DNA of 64,000 nucleotides from Chrysemys picta bellii (Eukaryota): contig NC_088797.1 of NCBI RefSeq assembly GCF_011386835.1, forward strand, positions 113,646,001 to 113,710,000, in the 5' to 3' direction. Positions 63,548-64,000 of this stretch are shown here, one piece after another; within the stretch, counting starts at the first letter, position 1; each line of letters begins with the position of its first letter. The notes under the pieces were generated by a model, which made no database searches, had not been told where the DNA came from, and worked only from the letters and a program-made list of their open reading frames with translations. A program made the position numbers and the translations under genes.

Positions 63548-64000
63548 ACAGTTCGGCAGAAAAGGACCTGGGCATTACAGTGGAGGAGAAGCTAGATATG
63601 AGTCAACAGTGTGCCCTTGTTGCTAAGAAGGCTAACGGCATATTGGGCTGCATTAGTAGGAGCATTGACAGCAGACCGAGGGAAGTGATTATTCCCCTCT
63701 ATTCGGCACTGGTGAGGCCACACCTGGAGTATTGTGTCCAATTTTAGGCCCCCTATTACAGAAAGGATGTGGATAAACTGGAGAGAGTCCAGCAAAGGGC
63801 AACGAAAATGATAAGGGGGCTGGGGCACATGACTTATGAGGAGAGGCTGAGGGAACTGAGCTTGTTTAGTCTGCAGAAGAGAAGAGTGAGGGGGGAGTTG
63901 AAGGCGGGGTTCCAAAGAGGATGGACCAAGGCTGTTCTCAGTGGTGGCAGAGGACAGAACAAGAAGCAATGGTCTCAAGTTGCAGTGGAGGAGATCTAGG
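63548..64000 (+). mobile_element. CR1 LINE ORF2 3' part, runs off the window
   Basis: [32 protein letters not shown]...[10 protein letters not shown]...[12 protein letters not shown]. Confidence 0.93.

Overview
Vertebrate genomic DNA, almost certainly turtle, judged from a tortoise-type tRNA/CR1 SINE and reptile CR1, DIRS and Utopia families. The first ~20 kb is the 3' end of RAB11FIP2 on the + strand: a 46-bp exon (7656-7701), the terminal coding exon (15447-15674, FIP Rab11-binding domain) and a probable ~4.5 kb 3' UTR. The last intron holds a decayed ~4.1 kb Utopia/NeSL-type RLE retrotransposon with an unusual fold-back 3' junction. The rest is intergenic and rich in transposons: a structurally complete DIRS1-type tyrosine-recombinase retrotransposon (32927-39161), CR1/L2/L1 fragments, solo LTRs, hAT, Harbinger and Tigger MITEs, an AmnSINE1-like element and a nested cluster at 57-61 kb. 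I see no CRISPR array, rRNA or tRNA gene, or second host gene. The best leads are three minimal hammerhead-ribozyme motifs in Penelope-like repeats, a candidate +1 shifty-stop (UUU-UGA) at the DIRS gag/pol junction, the hairpin junction at the Utopia 3' end, and a hAT element built from two transposase 3' ends. Family names come from my recognition of motifs, not from database searches, and need confirming against Repbase/Dfam.
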